A stretch of 64,000 nt of DNA from Myxococcales bacterium (GCA_050288705.1 JBNKEI010000191.1:1823-65822), one strand, 5' to 3'. Shown: positions 22,833-32,813, counted from the stretch's first letter. Numbers and translations are program-made. The notes: generated from the sequence alone by a model not told the origin.

Positions 22833-23198
22833 ATAGTTATTCCTTTGCAGTTCCAGGCGGGCCTTCAATGGCTTGCTTAGCCACGATGCTTGTCCGTTCA
22901 TGGGCAACAAACACATTGCGCGATACGCCTCGGTGAAAAGTTGAAGGGGTAGGGGTCACATCCAGTTCTCCTTCCAGCGCCTGGTATCGTCGCCCATCTT
23001 CTGGTAGAGCACAACAAGGCTCGTAGTTAAAACCATCGTAGATGATGCTGAGGGTTTGGCAACGAACTGCCGAAGTTATCTTGCGAAGGTGTCATAAGCA
23101 AGACTATAAGTTCGATGCAGGTCTTGGGGTAATATGTGTGGTAGAAAGCAGCGTAAACTTTACGAGCACCGCTCACCAATTGAGCAGAGGAGCAAAGT

Positions 23199-23756
23199 GT
23201 GAAACGAAAATTGATGTTAGTGATCTTGTTGTCTTGTATTACGATCGGCGGATTTACAAATCATGCAAATGCCGAAAATGCCTTCAAAAAGGCAGATGGT
23301 CTTTTGGACAATTCACCAAAAAACCGCCAACACATGATTTCTGCATTCGCCTTTATTCCCTGGTGGTACGGGCTGGGATTTGGTGTTGCCGGTCGTTACG
23401 CTATACCCATTGTTCATAATGGTTTTATTCCCCGGCTTAACGATTCGGTAGAACTAGAGTTTGGTGCAGATGTCTATTATTCTAGGTGGCTGGACTGGAA
23501 TTACTACGGTTTTGTTTTTCCAGTAGAAGGAAGATGGACATTTCATCTAACCCCCAAGTTTTCTGCCTATGGTAAAGCTTCTTTGGGACTTAGATTTTCC
23601 TATCTTTCCTATTCAAAATATCATGATGACCTTGATTTAAGCGCTATTCATTGGGGGCTTTCTTCCGGAATCCTATACCAATTTAATGAAAGCATGGCGT
23701 TTCGTGCGGAACTAGGCGTTTCTGGGCTAATGGCTGGAATTGGATTTTCGTTATAA
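23199..23756 (+). CDS. Small outer-membrane beta-barrel protein
   Basis: Signal peptide MKRKLMLVILLSCITIGGFTNHANA, alternating aromatic/Gly beta-strand pattern, 185 aa. Confidence 0.55.
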   Translation: MKRKLMLVILLSCITIGGFTNHANAENAFKKADGLLDNSPKNRQHMISAFAFIPWWYGLGFGVAGRYAIPIVHNGFIPRLNDSVELEFGADVYYSRWLDWNYYGFVFPVEGRWTFHLTPKFSAYGKASLGLRFSYLSYSKYHDDLDLSAIHWGLSSGILYQFNESMAFRAELGVSGLMAGIGFSL

Positions 23757-23784
23757 GAACGGATTGAGAAATAACCAATCAATT

Positions 23785-23810
23785 GGCCAACGAACTGTTG
23801 GCCTTTAAAA
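23785..23810 (+). terminator. Candidate rho-independent terminator
   Basis: ggccaac-gaact-gttggcc (7-bp stem) followed by tttaaaaat. Confidence 0.45.
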
Positions 23811-23856
23811 ATCTTGTCATCTGCATGCCTGAAAGCGATACGTGGTGGGAGATGTT

Positions 23857-24816
23857 ATGACTAAAATTGTTATATTAGATGGACACGCGGTAAACCCTGG
23901 CGATCTTTCCTGGGAAAGCATACAAGATTTGGGGGAATTAGAGGTATACGATCGCACGCCTGCCACACAAGTCGTAAATAGAGCCCAAGGCGCTAAGGCA
24001 ATTTACACTAACAAGGTACTTCTAACCAAAGAAGTTCTTGTTCGGCTCTCCGAACTCAAGTTTATTGGAGTATTGGCGACCGGTTATAATGTGGTTGATA
24101 CGCAAGTCGCCCGAGACTTAGGAATCTGCGTGACCAATATTCCCGATTATAGCACGCAATCAGTCGCGCAAATGGTTTTTGCGCTGCTGTTAGAGTTGTG
24201 TAATCGCGTAGGTGATCATCATCAGGCAGTAAAACAAGGTCAATGGAGCAGCTCCAAAGATTTTTGCTTTTGGAATTATCCTCTCATAGAGATTAGTGGT
24301 AAAACATTTGGGGTTATAGGACTGGGAAGTATAGGAAAAGCAACTGCAAAAATTGCTCAGGCCTTCGGGATGAAAGTTATTGCCTGTACGCCGCGACCTG
24401 ATCGAAGCATGGAAGCAGAAGGCATTAGATTCGTTCAGTTGGAAGAATTATTAATTAACGCAGATGTAGTGAGCTTGCATTGCCCGCTTACGGAGATGAC
24501 TCGGGGTATGATTCATAAAGAAAATCTGGAATTAATGAAACCGACTGCTTTTCTTATAAATACCGCTCGAGGTCCTATTGTTGTGGAAAAAGACCTTGCT
24601 GAGTCGCTTAATAGCAAAAAAATCGCCGGGGCGGCTGTGGACGTATTAAGTAGTGAGCCGCCCGAGTTTAACAATCCTTTGTTTGAGGCGCGTAATTGTA
24701 TTATAACTCCGCATATTGCTTGGGCGCCACAAGAAACTCGTAAGCGATTGATAGAAATAGCGGCGCTCAATTTAAAACATTTTTTGGCTGGTAGGCCGAT
24801 TAATGTGGTAAAATAA
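23857..24816 (+). CDS. D-isomer-specific 2-hydroxyacid dehydrogenase (glycerate dehydrogenase/hydroxypyruvate reductase-like)
   Basis: NAD fold GVIGLGSIGKATA, NTARGPIV, TPHIAW. I prefer the ATG at 23857 (GGGAG upstream). Confidence 0.9.
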   Translation: MTKIVILDGHAVNPGDLSWESIQDLGELEVYDRTPATQVVNRAQGAKAIYTNKVLLTKEVLVRLSELKFIGVLATGYNVVDTQVARDLGICVTNIPDYSTQSVAQMVFALLLELCNRVGDHHQAVKQGQWSSSKDFCFWNYPLIEISGKTFGVIGLGSIGKATAKIAQAFGMKVIACTPRPDRSMEAEGIRFVQLEELLINADVVSLHCPLTEMTRGMIHKENLELMKPTAFLINTARGPIVVEKDLAESLNSKKIAGAAVDVLSSEPPEFNNPLFEARNCIITPHIAWAPQETRKRLIEIAALNLKHFLAGRPINVVK

Positions 24817-24833
24817 CTCGCAATTTCTTCTGT

Positions 24834-25424
24834 TTAAAAACCAAATATACGGCGAAAAGCGGCTTCTTGGTCTATTTTTTTTCCAATATAGGTTGGCTTT
24901 TGATCGTTGGCAGAAAATAACTGGTATTCTTCCAGCGTAATTTCGTTATTTTCGAATGCTAATGAGAGTTCCTCTTGTCTCAATTCATAATTATCGAGCG
25001 CTCTTCTGTACTCTCGCCAATCAGTATATTTATGCATGCCGGCAACAATTTCAGAATCAGTGCGCGAAGGTAAGTGAGGTAGGTCTAAAAATGAGCCCGA
25101 ACGTGATCGGGAAACGGGTATCATAGTTCCGCTAGTGATCTTTTTTCCTGAAGAACTACGCTGGGACTGATACTTCTCAAATATACTTTGATGCGACGAG
25201 CTTGCTTTGATTGCTTTAGTTGGTTGGTGAGCGGATAGGCGGCTAGCTGCATCTCTCGATCCATAGCCAGATGGGAGGTGAAGTCGGCGGTGGGATGGTT
25301 GATTCTTAAGTGTATTAGCAGGTAGAGAAACGTTTTCCTGTCGAGAAGACGCTGAACTAGTCGGCTTTGATTTAGCTTGGTTATTGGTTCGTTGAGAGCG
25401 GGTGCTATATGATAACGGGTTCAA
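24834..25424 (-). CDS. Hypothetical Ser-rich protein; start uncertain
   Basis: The ORF track extends to 25604 but overlaps the addB 3' end by 184 nt. An in-frame TTG at 25424 overlaps the addB TGA stop (TTGA). The next in-frame ATG is much further downstream. No family recognised. Confidence 0.3.
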   Translation of the reverse strand: MNPLSYSTRSQRTNNQAKSKPTSSASSRQENVSLPANTLKNQPSHRRLHLPSGYGSRDAASRLSAHQPTKAIKASSSHQSIFEKYQSQRSSSGKKITSGTMIPVSRSRSGSFLDLPHLPSRTDSEIVAGMHKYTDWREYRRALDNYELRQEELSLAFENNEITLEEYQLFSANDQKPTYIGKKIDQEAAFRRIFGF

Positions 25425-28400
25425 TGAGATGATTCCTTTCCCGGCAAAATAAACGCCGATGATATACGGCAAATCGCTCCATATCCACACTGATCGCAGT
25501 TCAATGGTCTTATGGGATAAAAGCCTTGGCGAATGTCTTGCGCTATTTCCCAAATAGCTTTTCCCAGAGTGGGGGTTTCCGGCCGTTCTCGAGCAGCTTC
25601 CCAAGCGCGGGGGCCTACTGCTAAAGCATCTTGAGGATCGAGTCCTAGGGACAACAGAATTTGCGACAAACGAATGGGCTGAGCATCTCTTAAGCTTATC
25701 CAGGCGCCGTCAACTGGTAGTTTCCAAGCGGCATGGAGAGCAGCCGCATAAATAGCTAACTGGAATTCCGATTTTAGAAATTTTTCTTTTAACCTTTTTT
25801 GCAGGCCATCAGCTCGCGATAATTTGTAATCAATTGCTACTGCTAGATGGGGACCGCAATCAATGCGATCGGCTCGCCCGCTAACACAAAGGGGAGTGCC
25901 TCCTTCCGGCCCATCTACTAATAGAAAAGGCAGAGGTTCTTTTCCCAGAGTAGCTTCTAATAGCTGAGGGCGTACTCTTTCAAAGTGGGGAGAAAGAGCT
26001 TCTTTTTCTACTACTCGGGCGAGTAATCGCCGCGCATCTTCCAGTGCTAAGTTCCATAATGCTGGATGCCCTACTGGGTGTTCTTTTTCCAAAGAAGTTG
26101 CAGCCAAGTGTAGTTGCTCTTGTAAAAGAGAAAACTCTTCTTCGCTGGCCAAAAGCGGCAAGCGTTTGGTGGCAATACGGTTTTGAAAAAAACCGTGTAA
26201 GGCTCGATGGACTAATTCCCCAAGCGTCGATGGATCGGGTTCATTGGTGGTCTCGCGCTCGATTTCGGGAGCAAGAACTTGCGCTACAAATCCTTTGAAC
26301 CGGCAAGTTCCCCACTCTGAAAGCTTTTTGGGTGAAAGAGGATGGCAAGAATCAAAAGCAAAGCGAGGCCCGAGAACATCCATGGCGGTGCTCAGGTTTC
26401 CGCAATGGGGTCCAGGCGGACCGTTGGCGGAGGCAAAAAACTGGAAGCGCTCTTTTTCTGTGGCAATACGCTGCTCTAGTGAGCGGATTCGTCGCGGATC
26501 AGCGGCACGAAAAAATTCCCAGGTGGCCTGGGCATCGAAGCTGTTATCGGAAAGTGAAGCGCGGAACGCGGGATCAGCATTTTTTTCCAGGGAAGTGCGG
26601 GCTAATAACTCTGATTGGTGGCGTGCTTCTTGGGCGCGGGGAATGAGGCTACGTGGTCGGCTTTCTTGGAGAGTGGCTCCGGGAATACGGCGAACTTCCT
26701 CAATGAAGCGCGATACTAGGTTTTGTCTTCCTTGGGCATCAGTACGAGACCAACAAAGAGTAACGCTTGACCGAGCGCTGCATAAAGCTAGGTGGAACAA
26801 CAGAGATTCCTCTGCTTGGCGCTCGGAAAGCGGGCTTTGTCCGCCCATAGCCGGCATATCCAAAACCTGTCGTTTTAGAATCGAATTGAGAAGCGCCTGA
26901 TCCTTTTCATCGAATACTGTAGGGCTTTCATTGAAAGAGGGAAATCGACCGTCAACCAAGCCGGCCACAAACAAATGGTCTACCTGAATTCCCACCAGAT
27001 CGCGTACTTCCATTACTCGTACCGATTCCAACCAGTTTTCAGTAGGGGGCAGAAAATAATCACCAATCGCATTTGACAAACAAGAGGCAAAAGTCGCGGC
27101 ATCTACTGCTTCGGTAACCCTGCCACTTAAAGCAAAAGAGCGTACTAGGCTTTCAATGACCTCGATTACTTGCTGGACTCCTCGCTGGGGTGCCAGAGCT
27201 GCTTTGGCTTCCGATGTCTTTTCTAGGGAAGTTGGTGGGGGAGCAATAATTCCTAAACGGGCAAATGCAGTGAGCAATCCTTGTGCATGCATGGAAACCG
27301 GAGCTGGTCCGGAAGGCAATTGCTCAATGGCGTTCTCAATTGATTCCAAGGCTGCCAAAGCCAGGCTAGAAATTTCCGGCGAATCGCGGCCCACTCGTGG
27401 CAAAAGGGCACGGCGATAAGCGCCAACGACCGGATTCTTAGGCGGTTTCCTAGGTTCGCCGGTCGGTTTTGCTTGTTCTTGGATGTCCGGGGTGTCTCGG
27501 TTGCAGCTTAGATTGGTCTCGCGCAGAGCGCGAATAATTTTGGCAGCGCTAGTGGCAAATTCCCGCGGATAGCCGCTCGAAAGCAACGCTTGGAGGGTAG
27601 AAAACGGCAAATAATCGGTCTTTAGGGTGGCCAACAACGGCGCCAACTGGGCAATAGGAGTGCGCGAAAGAGGAGGTCCACGCCGAATCTGCGCTGGAAC
27701 TCCGTAGTATTGCAGGGCTTGGAAAATGCTATCTGCTTCTCCATCTAAATGGCGAGTAGCCACCGCTAGTGAACGGGGAGAAACTCCCGAGGCGATATAA
27801 TCGCGAATGCGGCGGGCGATTTCCTTTGCTTCTTCTTGGCTGGTGGCAACGCTAAGAATTACTCCTGCGGGATTTTCCCAGGGCTTTTCCTGAGATTTAG
27901 AAACCGGAAGAGATGGACGAAAAAGCGCATTGGCCAGTTTAGTAGGTAAAGAAGATTCCGTTCCATATTTCTTTGGAAATACTTCCAGTGACCGCAGGCA
28001 GGAAGCATGTTGGTAAATTCTTTCCCATGCTGAATGGACATAAGCCATCAACTCTGGTCGATCAAACTCGTAAGGAAGATGAATATGAACTACTTGATCT
28101 GTTCCTTCTCGATCGAAACGACGGGCTAAAGCAAATACCAATTCTAATCGAAAAGGCGGCCAATCGTAAATGTCTTCAAAAATAATTCCTTGAGCATAGG
28201 CCAATAATGGCGGCAATGGTTGGCGTGGGTCTGAAACTCGGGAAATAGCCAATTCGCAAACCCGATGAGAATCGGCTAACTTTCGGCGAATTAGCGCCTG
28301 TTCATATGCTGCATATAGTCGTGCTAATGCCTGCACTCGAGCAATGCGCTCGGCCGGAAAACCTGCTGCCGCTTTTTGCAAGTCTCGGGGAGATAAGCGA

Positions 28401-28684
28401 TTGCTTTTAAAAAGAGAAAGGGCTTGCTGCGCAGTTTGCTGAAATCCAAGCCGGTGGCGTACTAAAGCAAAAGGACCAAGATCCGTCTCGTTGATGCACC
28501 GGGAAAAGATGGTTCTTTTTTCTAAGAGCTGCATAGCTGCAATTGGTGAAAGCAAATCCACCAACTGAGTAAAAGTTAACATTTCTCCTCCTAAAGCCAC
28601 CGGAGAGGAATTTGTTTGCAAGTAGCTATGTAGTTCGTCGTATACGCGCTCTATGCTGGGGAATATTTTTAGGAAAGACGCCAT
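25421..28684 (-). CDS. addB: AddB-like helicase-nuclease subunit (PD-(D/E)XK nuclease with Fe-S cluster)
   Basis: GRADRIDC...VAIDYKLS nuclease motifs and C-terminal CDQCGYGAIC (CxxCx5C), plus an upstream Cys (GTCRFKGF). 1087 aa. Confidence 0.75.
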   Translation of the reverse strand: MASFLKIFPSIERVYDELHSYLQTNSSPVALGGEMLTFTQLVDLLSPIAAMQLLEKRTIFSRCINETDLGPFALVRHRLGFQQTAQQALSLFKSNRLSPRDLQKAAAGFPAERIARVQALARLYAAYEQALIRRKLADSHRVCELAISRVSDPRQPLPPLLAYAQGIIFEDIYDWPPFRLELVFALARRFDREGTDQVVHIHLPYEFDRPELMAYVHSAWERIYQHASCLRSLEVFPKKYGTESSLPTKLANALFRPSLPVSKSQEKPWENPAGVILSVATSQEEAKEIARRIRDYIASGVSPRSLAVATRHLDGEADSIFQALQYYGVPAQIRRGPPLSRTPIAQLAPLLATLKTDYLPFSTLQALLSSGYPREFATSAAKIIRALRETNLSCNRDTPDIQEQAKPTGEPRKPPKNPVVGAYRRALLPRVGRDSPEISSLALAALESIENAIEQLPSGPAPVSMHAQGLLTAFARLGIIAPPPTSLEKTSEAKAALAPQRGVQQVIEVIESLVRSFALSGRVTEAVDAATFASCLSNAIGDYFLPPTENWLESVRVMEVRDLVGIQVDHLFVAGLVDGRFPSFNESPTVFDEKDQALLNSILKRQVLDMPAMGGQSPLSERQAEESLLFHLALCSARSSVTLCWSRTDAQGRQNLVSRFIEEVRRIPGATLQESRPRSLIPRAQEARHQSELLARTSLEKNADPAFRASLSDNSFDAQATWEFFRAADPRRIRSLEQRIATEKERFQFFASANGPPGPHCGNLSTAMDVLGPRFAFDSCHPLSPKKLSEWGTCRFKGFVAQVLAPEIERETTNEPDPSTLGELVHRALHGFFQNRIATKRLPLLASEEEFSLLQEQLHLAATSLEKEHPVGHPALWNLALEDARRLLARVVEKEALSPHFERVRPQLLEATLGKEPLPFLLVDGPEGGTPLCVSGRADRIDCGPHLAVAIDYKLSRADGLQKRLKEKFLKSEFQLAIYAAALHAAWKLPVDGAWISLRDAQPIRLSQILLSLGLDPQDALAVGPRAWEAARERPETPTLGKAIWEIAQDIRQGFYPIRPLNCDQCGYGAICRISSAFILPGKESSH

Positions 28685-28896
28685 ATTAAGATTGTCTTTC
28701 GTTCATCGATATTGGTAATTGTTGACCCAAGTGTATCGTGTAACGAAATTAGTAATTAGCCTATAATTTCTTCTTTGTCAATTTAGCTTTCCATTAATAG
28801 GGATTTTTTTATTTTAATTATTCAATTGTTCGTTCGTCTTATTGGAGTAAGCAGGGTAAGAGTTGAACCTTTGCTCATCGTTGCCATTTTTCATTT

Positions 28897-29232
28897 ATGT
28901 TACTTCACAACTACGTTGGCCTTGTTGCCCAACTGATGGAGACCGGAGGTATCGTGGTCATGCTTCTGGGATCGCTTGCGGCGGCAGTGATCAGCGTGCG
29001 TCAACGAAGCCAGGGTACTTCTGCGATGTATCTTTCCTTTCGCCAATACCTTGGCCGGGCGATCCTACTTGGACTCGAGTTTCTAGTCGCTGCTGACATA
29101 ATTCGAACGGTGAGCGAGGTTCCGACTCTCAATAGAGCAATAGTGCTGGCGGTTATTGTGCTGATTCGAACATTCCTAAGCTTTGCATTGGAAATCGAAC
29201 TAGACGGCCGACTGCCATGGCGTAGGACATAA
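28897..29232 (+). CDS. DUF1622 family membrane protein
   Basis: LGRAILLGLEFLVAADIIRTV...VLIRTFLSFALE matches my recollection of DUF1622. 111 aa. Confidence 0.6.
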   Translation: MLLHNYVGLVAQLMETGGIVVMLLGSLAAAVISVRQRSQGTSAMYLSFRQYLGRAILLGLEFLVAADIIRTVSEVPTLNRAIVLAVIVLIRTFLSFALEIELDGRLPWRRT

Positions 29233-29296
29233 CCCGCAAGCAATGCACTTAAGAATGTAATGGCGAGAATGTAGTGCGAGTTGACAAATATCAGCT

Positions 29297-31057
29297 CTAG
29301 TGTTTGGGTCTGACAATATCCCCAAGCTGCTTGGCAAGCCTAGCTGGCTCGACTGGTTTGGTGGCGAATACCTGAAACCCTTCCTCAAGCGCGCGTACAC
29401 GTTCCTTCTCGCCAACTAAAGCAGTAAGCGCTACTGCTGGAACGTTTCCTCCGTGTTCCGAAGGCAATGATCGTACTTTTCTAATAAGTTCGTAGCCGTC
29501 CTCTTCCGGGATGGCAATGTCACTTACCAAAATGTCGGGTTGGTATTGCTCGAATAGTTTAAGTGCCTCAGTGACCGAGCTGGCGTCATCAATTTCGGCA
29601 TTATACTCTTCCAGCGCATTGCGAATTAGATCTCGAGCGTCCTGCTCATCATCCACTATCAGAATCTTCACGCCTGCGAGGTTAGTTTCTGGTTCTTCCC
29701 TTAGGTCTATGTATTGGAGGTTGCAAAGCTCCACTTTTCTGGTCTGGGTGAGCAAAGCTCGCTGTCGCCCCAATTCCTTTAGCCGGAGGGTTTTGCAATT
29801 GGTTGTTTTTTTCGAAACGGATGATCTAGATTCTGGATTAGCTTCAAGGGGTAAAACTATTCGGAAAACTGCTCCTTTGTTAATGCCAGGACTGGTAGCA
29901 CTAATTTCTCCCCCGTGCAATTCCACTAACTGACGTACAATGGTCAGCCCTAAGCCAAGTCCTCCATATTTACGAGTCGCCGAGATATCTGCCTGTCGGA
30001 ATCTTTCAAAAAGATGGGGTAAAAATTCAGGAGTTATCCCTAACCCGGTATCCTTGACCAAAATTTCTGCTTGGGCACCGAAAAAATGTAACGAAATAGT
30101 AACCCGCCCCCCGCAAGGAGTGAATTTCACGGCATTGGAAAGCAGGTTGCACATTACTTGTTGTAGTCGAAAAGGGTCTCCATGGAAAATAACTCGCTCG
30201 GGGTTAATGTCGTGTTCGAGATTCACTTCCCTAGTATTGGCTAATGGCCTTATCGATTCTAATGAGGACTTGACTAGCGTAGCAAGGTCAACTTCCTGTA
30301 TGTTTATTTGCATACGTCCGGCTATTATTCGCGACATGTCTAATAAATCGTCTATCAGGGATGCCTGAGTTCGGGCGTTCCGTTCAATAATATCCAATGC
30401 ATGGTGTAAATACTCGGTGGAACGCTCTTTAATACGCAACAATTCCGCCCATCCCAAAACGGCATTTAAAGGAGTTCGTAATTCGTGACTCAACATGGCC
30501 AAGAATTCATCAGTGACCCGGCAAGCACGCTCTGCTTCTAACCGGGCGGTTTGTTCTCGGATTAGCAGTTCCTCCCGCTCTTTTTCTGCACGTTTACGTT
30601 CTACTAGGCACTCCCATTCTCTTAGAGCCAACTCTGATAAGCGCGGCATAAACGAAAAAGACGCTTCTGATTTGACAACATAATCAATAGCGCCGCCCTT
30701 TATCGCTTCCACTGCTATTTTTTCATCCCCGTGGGCACTCATTACGATTATTGGAAAACATGCCTGGTCTTTTTCTGGAATTAAATCAACCCCTCGGCCA
30801 TCAGGAAGAACCAGATCGGTAATCAGAAGCTGGGGCGAAAATTTGGCCAGTAAGTTGCGAGCCTTGGAGATGCTATCCGCTATCACCAGTCGAAACTGAG
30901 GACCGCTTTCGCTGAATGCGTGCTTTATTAAATCGGCGTGCGCTTCTTCGTCTTCCACCACGAGCACACATATTTGTTTATTATCAGGTTTACCCGCAGG
31001 CCCAGCATTCAGGTGCACTTTTTTCTCTATGTGCTTCGTCGATTCCATACTAACCAA
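29297..31057 (-). CDS. Hybrid sensor histidine kinase (REC-HisKA-HATPase-REC)
   Basis: N-terminal REC (VVEDEEAH...ITDLVLPDG), H-box SHELRTPLN, DTGLGI and GGLGLGLTI, C-terminal REC (IVDDEQDA...VSDIAIPEEDG). Confidence 0.9.
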   Translation of the reverse strand: MVSMESTKHIEKKVHLNAGPAGKPDNKQICVLVVEDEEAHADLIKHAFSESGPQFRLVIADSISKARNLLAKFSPQLLITDLVLPDGRGVDLIPEKDQACFPIIVMSAHGDEKIAVEAIKGGAIDYVVKSEASFSFMPRLSELALREWECLVERKRAEKEREELLIREQTARLEAERACRVTDEFLAMLSHELRTPLNAVLGWAELLRIKERSTEYLHHALDIIERNARTQASLIDDLLDMSRIIAGRMQINIQEVDLATLVKSSLESIRPLANTREVNLEHDINPERVIFHGDPFRLQQVMCNLLSNAVKFTPCGGRVTISLHFFGAQAEILVKDTGLGITPEFLPHLFERFRQADISATRKYGGLGLGLTIVRQLVELHGGEISATSPGINKGAVFRIVLPLEANPESRSSVSKKTTNCKTLRLKELGRQRALLTQTRKVELCNLQYIDLREEPETNLAGVKILIVDDEQDARDLIRNALEEYNAEIDDASSVTEALKLFEQYQPDILVSDIAIPEEDGYELIRKVRSLPSEHGGNVPAVALTALVGEKERVRALEEGFQVFATKPVEPARLAKQLGDIVRPKH

Positions 31058-31461
31058 TAAAAACCCAGATCGTCCATCAGTTCGTTGAACTTCCCAAAAT
31101 CCACCGGTTTGACTACGTAGCTATTTGCGTGGTGTTTGTAGGCAGTCGCTAGATCTTTTTCTGCCTCGGAAGTAGTGAGTACTACTACCGGAATACTAGA
31201 GGTTTGTTCATTGCTTTTAAGTTGACTTAAAACTTCCAGCCCATCAACTTTGGGAATACGCAAATCGAGAAGAATGAGCACCGGCTTTTGCTTCCTTTCT
31301 TTTAGCGTCTCCGCAGAAAACAAATACTCCAGTGCCGCCTCGCCATCCATAAAATGTCGCACAGGATTGAAAACTCGGTGATCTTGTAAACCGCGAATAA
31401 CTAATTCCGCATGGTCTAAGCTATCTTCAACTAAAACGATATCTGCTGATTCTTCTTTCAT
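31027..31461 (-). CDS. Single-domain response regulator (receiver)
   Basis: VLVEDSLDHAE...ILLDLRIPKVDG...VVVLTTS...KP. Its 3' end overlaps the hybrid kinase ORF. Confidence 0.9.
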   Translation of the reverse strand: MKEESADIVLVEDSLDHAELVIRGLQDHRVFNPVRHFMDGEAALEYLFSAETLKERKQKPVLILLDLRIPKVDGLEVLSQLKSNEQTSSIPVVVLTTSEAEKDLATAYKHHANSYVVKPVDFGKFNELMDDLGFYWLVWNRRST

Positions 31462-31479
31462 GCCGGAACTCCTTCCGGG

Positions 31480-32607
31480 CTACTGGGGCATTCTTGCAGG
31501 GACAACAAAACAAAAACGAGAACCCTTGCCTATTCCTTCGGACTCGACCCAAATTCTACCGCCGTGAATTTCTACAGTTCGTTTGACAATTGCCAACCCA
31601 ATTCCCGTGCCCTTGCTCTTTTGATCCAATTTATCGAATAGGCCGAATATTTTTTGGTGGTATTGCGGGGCGATACCTTGACCATTATCCGCGACAAAAC
31701 AAATACTCTCTTCATTTTTTTTCCAACAACCTATATTGATTTTGGGTTGGGGTTGTCCCCCCATGAAATTAATAGCATTATCAATAAGATTTTCCATTAA
31801 TTGCACGTATTTTCGATAATCAACAAAGACTGAAGGTAACTCGGGCTCGATTTCGATAATGACATTGTTTCGCGCTATAGTGCCGGCAAGCAAATCAAGT
31901 GCTTCTTCAACCACTTTCAAAAAAGGAAATTCTTCACGACTAATAGAATGCTGGCCAATTCTTCCAAGATCAAGTAAATCATCAAGCATCTGTTTCATTT
32001 TGTCGGCAGCATTAGCAACACGCGTAATGTCGCTTTTTAGCTGCGATACATTGCCTTTTTCGGCGTCTCTTTCGGCTAATCCTGCAAAACCTTTGATGGT
32101 GATTAGAGGACTTTTTAAATCGTGAGAAATGGTATAAGCGAATCTCTCTAATTCAGCATTTCTCTCTTCGAGTTGCTTAGCCATGGCTGCTCGCTCGATT
32201 TCGATCAGCTTACGATCGGTAATGTCTCGATTGCTCGCCCTGACCCCAATATAATTACCGTAATTGTCAAAAACCGGGCCACAAACGTGACCAAGCCAGC
32301 GCTTGGTTCCATCCAGCCGTGTAATCCCAAACTCAATTTCGGCATGTGATTTATGAGCATGTCCTAATAGTGATTCTTTTTGGTGTGCATCAAATAATTT
32401 GCGATCCTCGGCAACTATCATTTGAGTTAGGATTGCCGGATTATCAATGAGATCTGTAGAGGAATACCCGGTGATTGTTTCGCAAGAAGGAGAGGAGTAA
32501 AGAATTTGCCCATCGGGAGAGTACCATAGCTCCCAGTCGTAGGTATGATCGGCGATTACTTGGTAGAAATCCCTGGGATTTTTTGATTTTTGCTCTAAGT
32601 AATCCAT
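31480..32607 (-). CDS. PAS-domain sensor histidine kinase
   Basis: PAS region, H-box SHDLKSPL, DNGQGI, GTGIGLAI. Confidence 0.9.
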   Translation of the reverse strand: MDYLEQKSKNPRDFYQVIADHTYDWELWYSPDGQILYSSPSCETITGYSSTDLIDNPAILTQMIVAEDRKLFDAHQKESLLGHAHKSHAEIEFGITRLDGTKRWLGHVCGPVFDNYGNYIGVRASNRDITDRKLIEIERAAMAKQLEERNAELERFAYTISHDLKSPLITIKGFAGLAERDAEKGNVSQLKSDITRVANAADKMKQMLDDLLDLGRIGQHSISREEFPFLKVVEEALDLLAGTIARNNVIIEIEPELPSVFVDYRKYVQLMENLIDNAINFMGGQPQPKINIGCWKKNEESICFVADNGQGIAPQYHQKIFGLFDKLDQKSKGTGIGLAIVKRTVEIHGGRIWVESEGIGKGSRFCFVVPARMPQ

Positions 32608-32813
32608 TGCGATTACGCTCGCGTCTAGAATCGTTAACCGTCTCTACGCTCGTTACTGCCTACTAGGCATCCATGAAGAACAACATTCCTTCTTAAAAAT
32701 GTGATCTCTGGGGAAACCCCGCAACCATTAAATTCCAGGTGTCTTTCCACCGGCTGGTTTTGCAATTGGCAAATAGTATTTCGATTCAGGGAAGCATTTG
32801 CTTGGTAACTACG

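Noticed and set aside
25070-25100. Shared heptapeptide DSE(I/V)VAG in the Ser-rich ORF (…PSRTDSEIVAGM…) and the F-box protein N-terminus (…PSNLDSEVVAGS…, nt ~36090-36115)
   Set aside because: Only ~8 of 11 residues match, with no extended similarity on either side. This is compatible with chance, though a shared targeting motif cannot be excluded.
26244-26900. 218-aa and 104-aa plus-strand ORFs inside addB
   Set aside because: They are antisense to a well-supported AddB coding frame. The products are Arg/Ser/Trp-rich and low-complexity.
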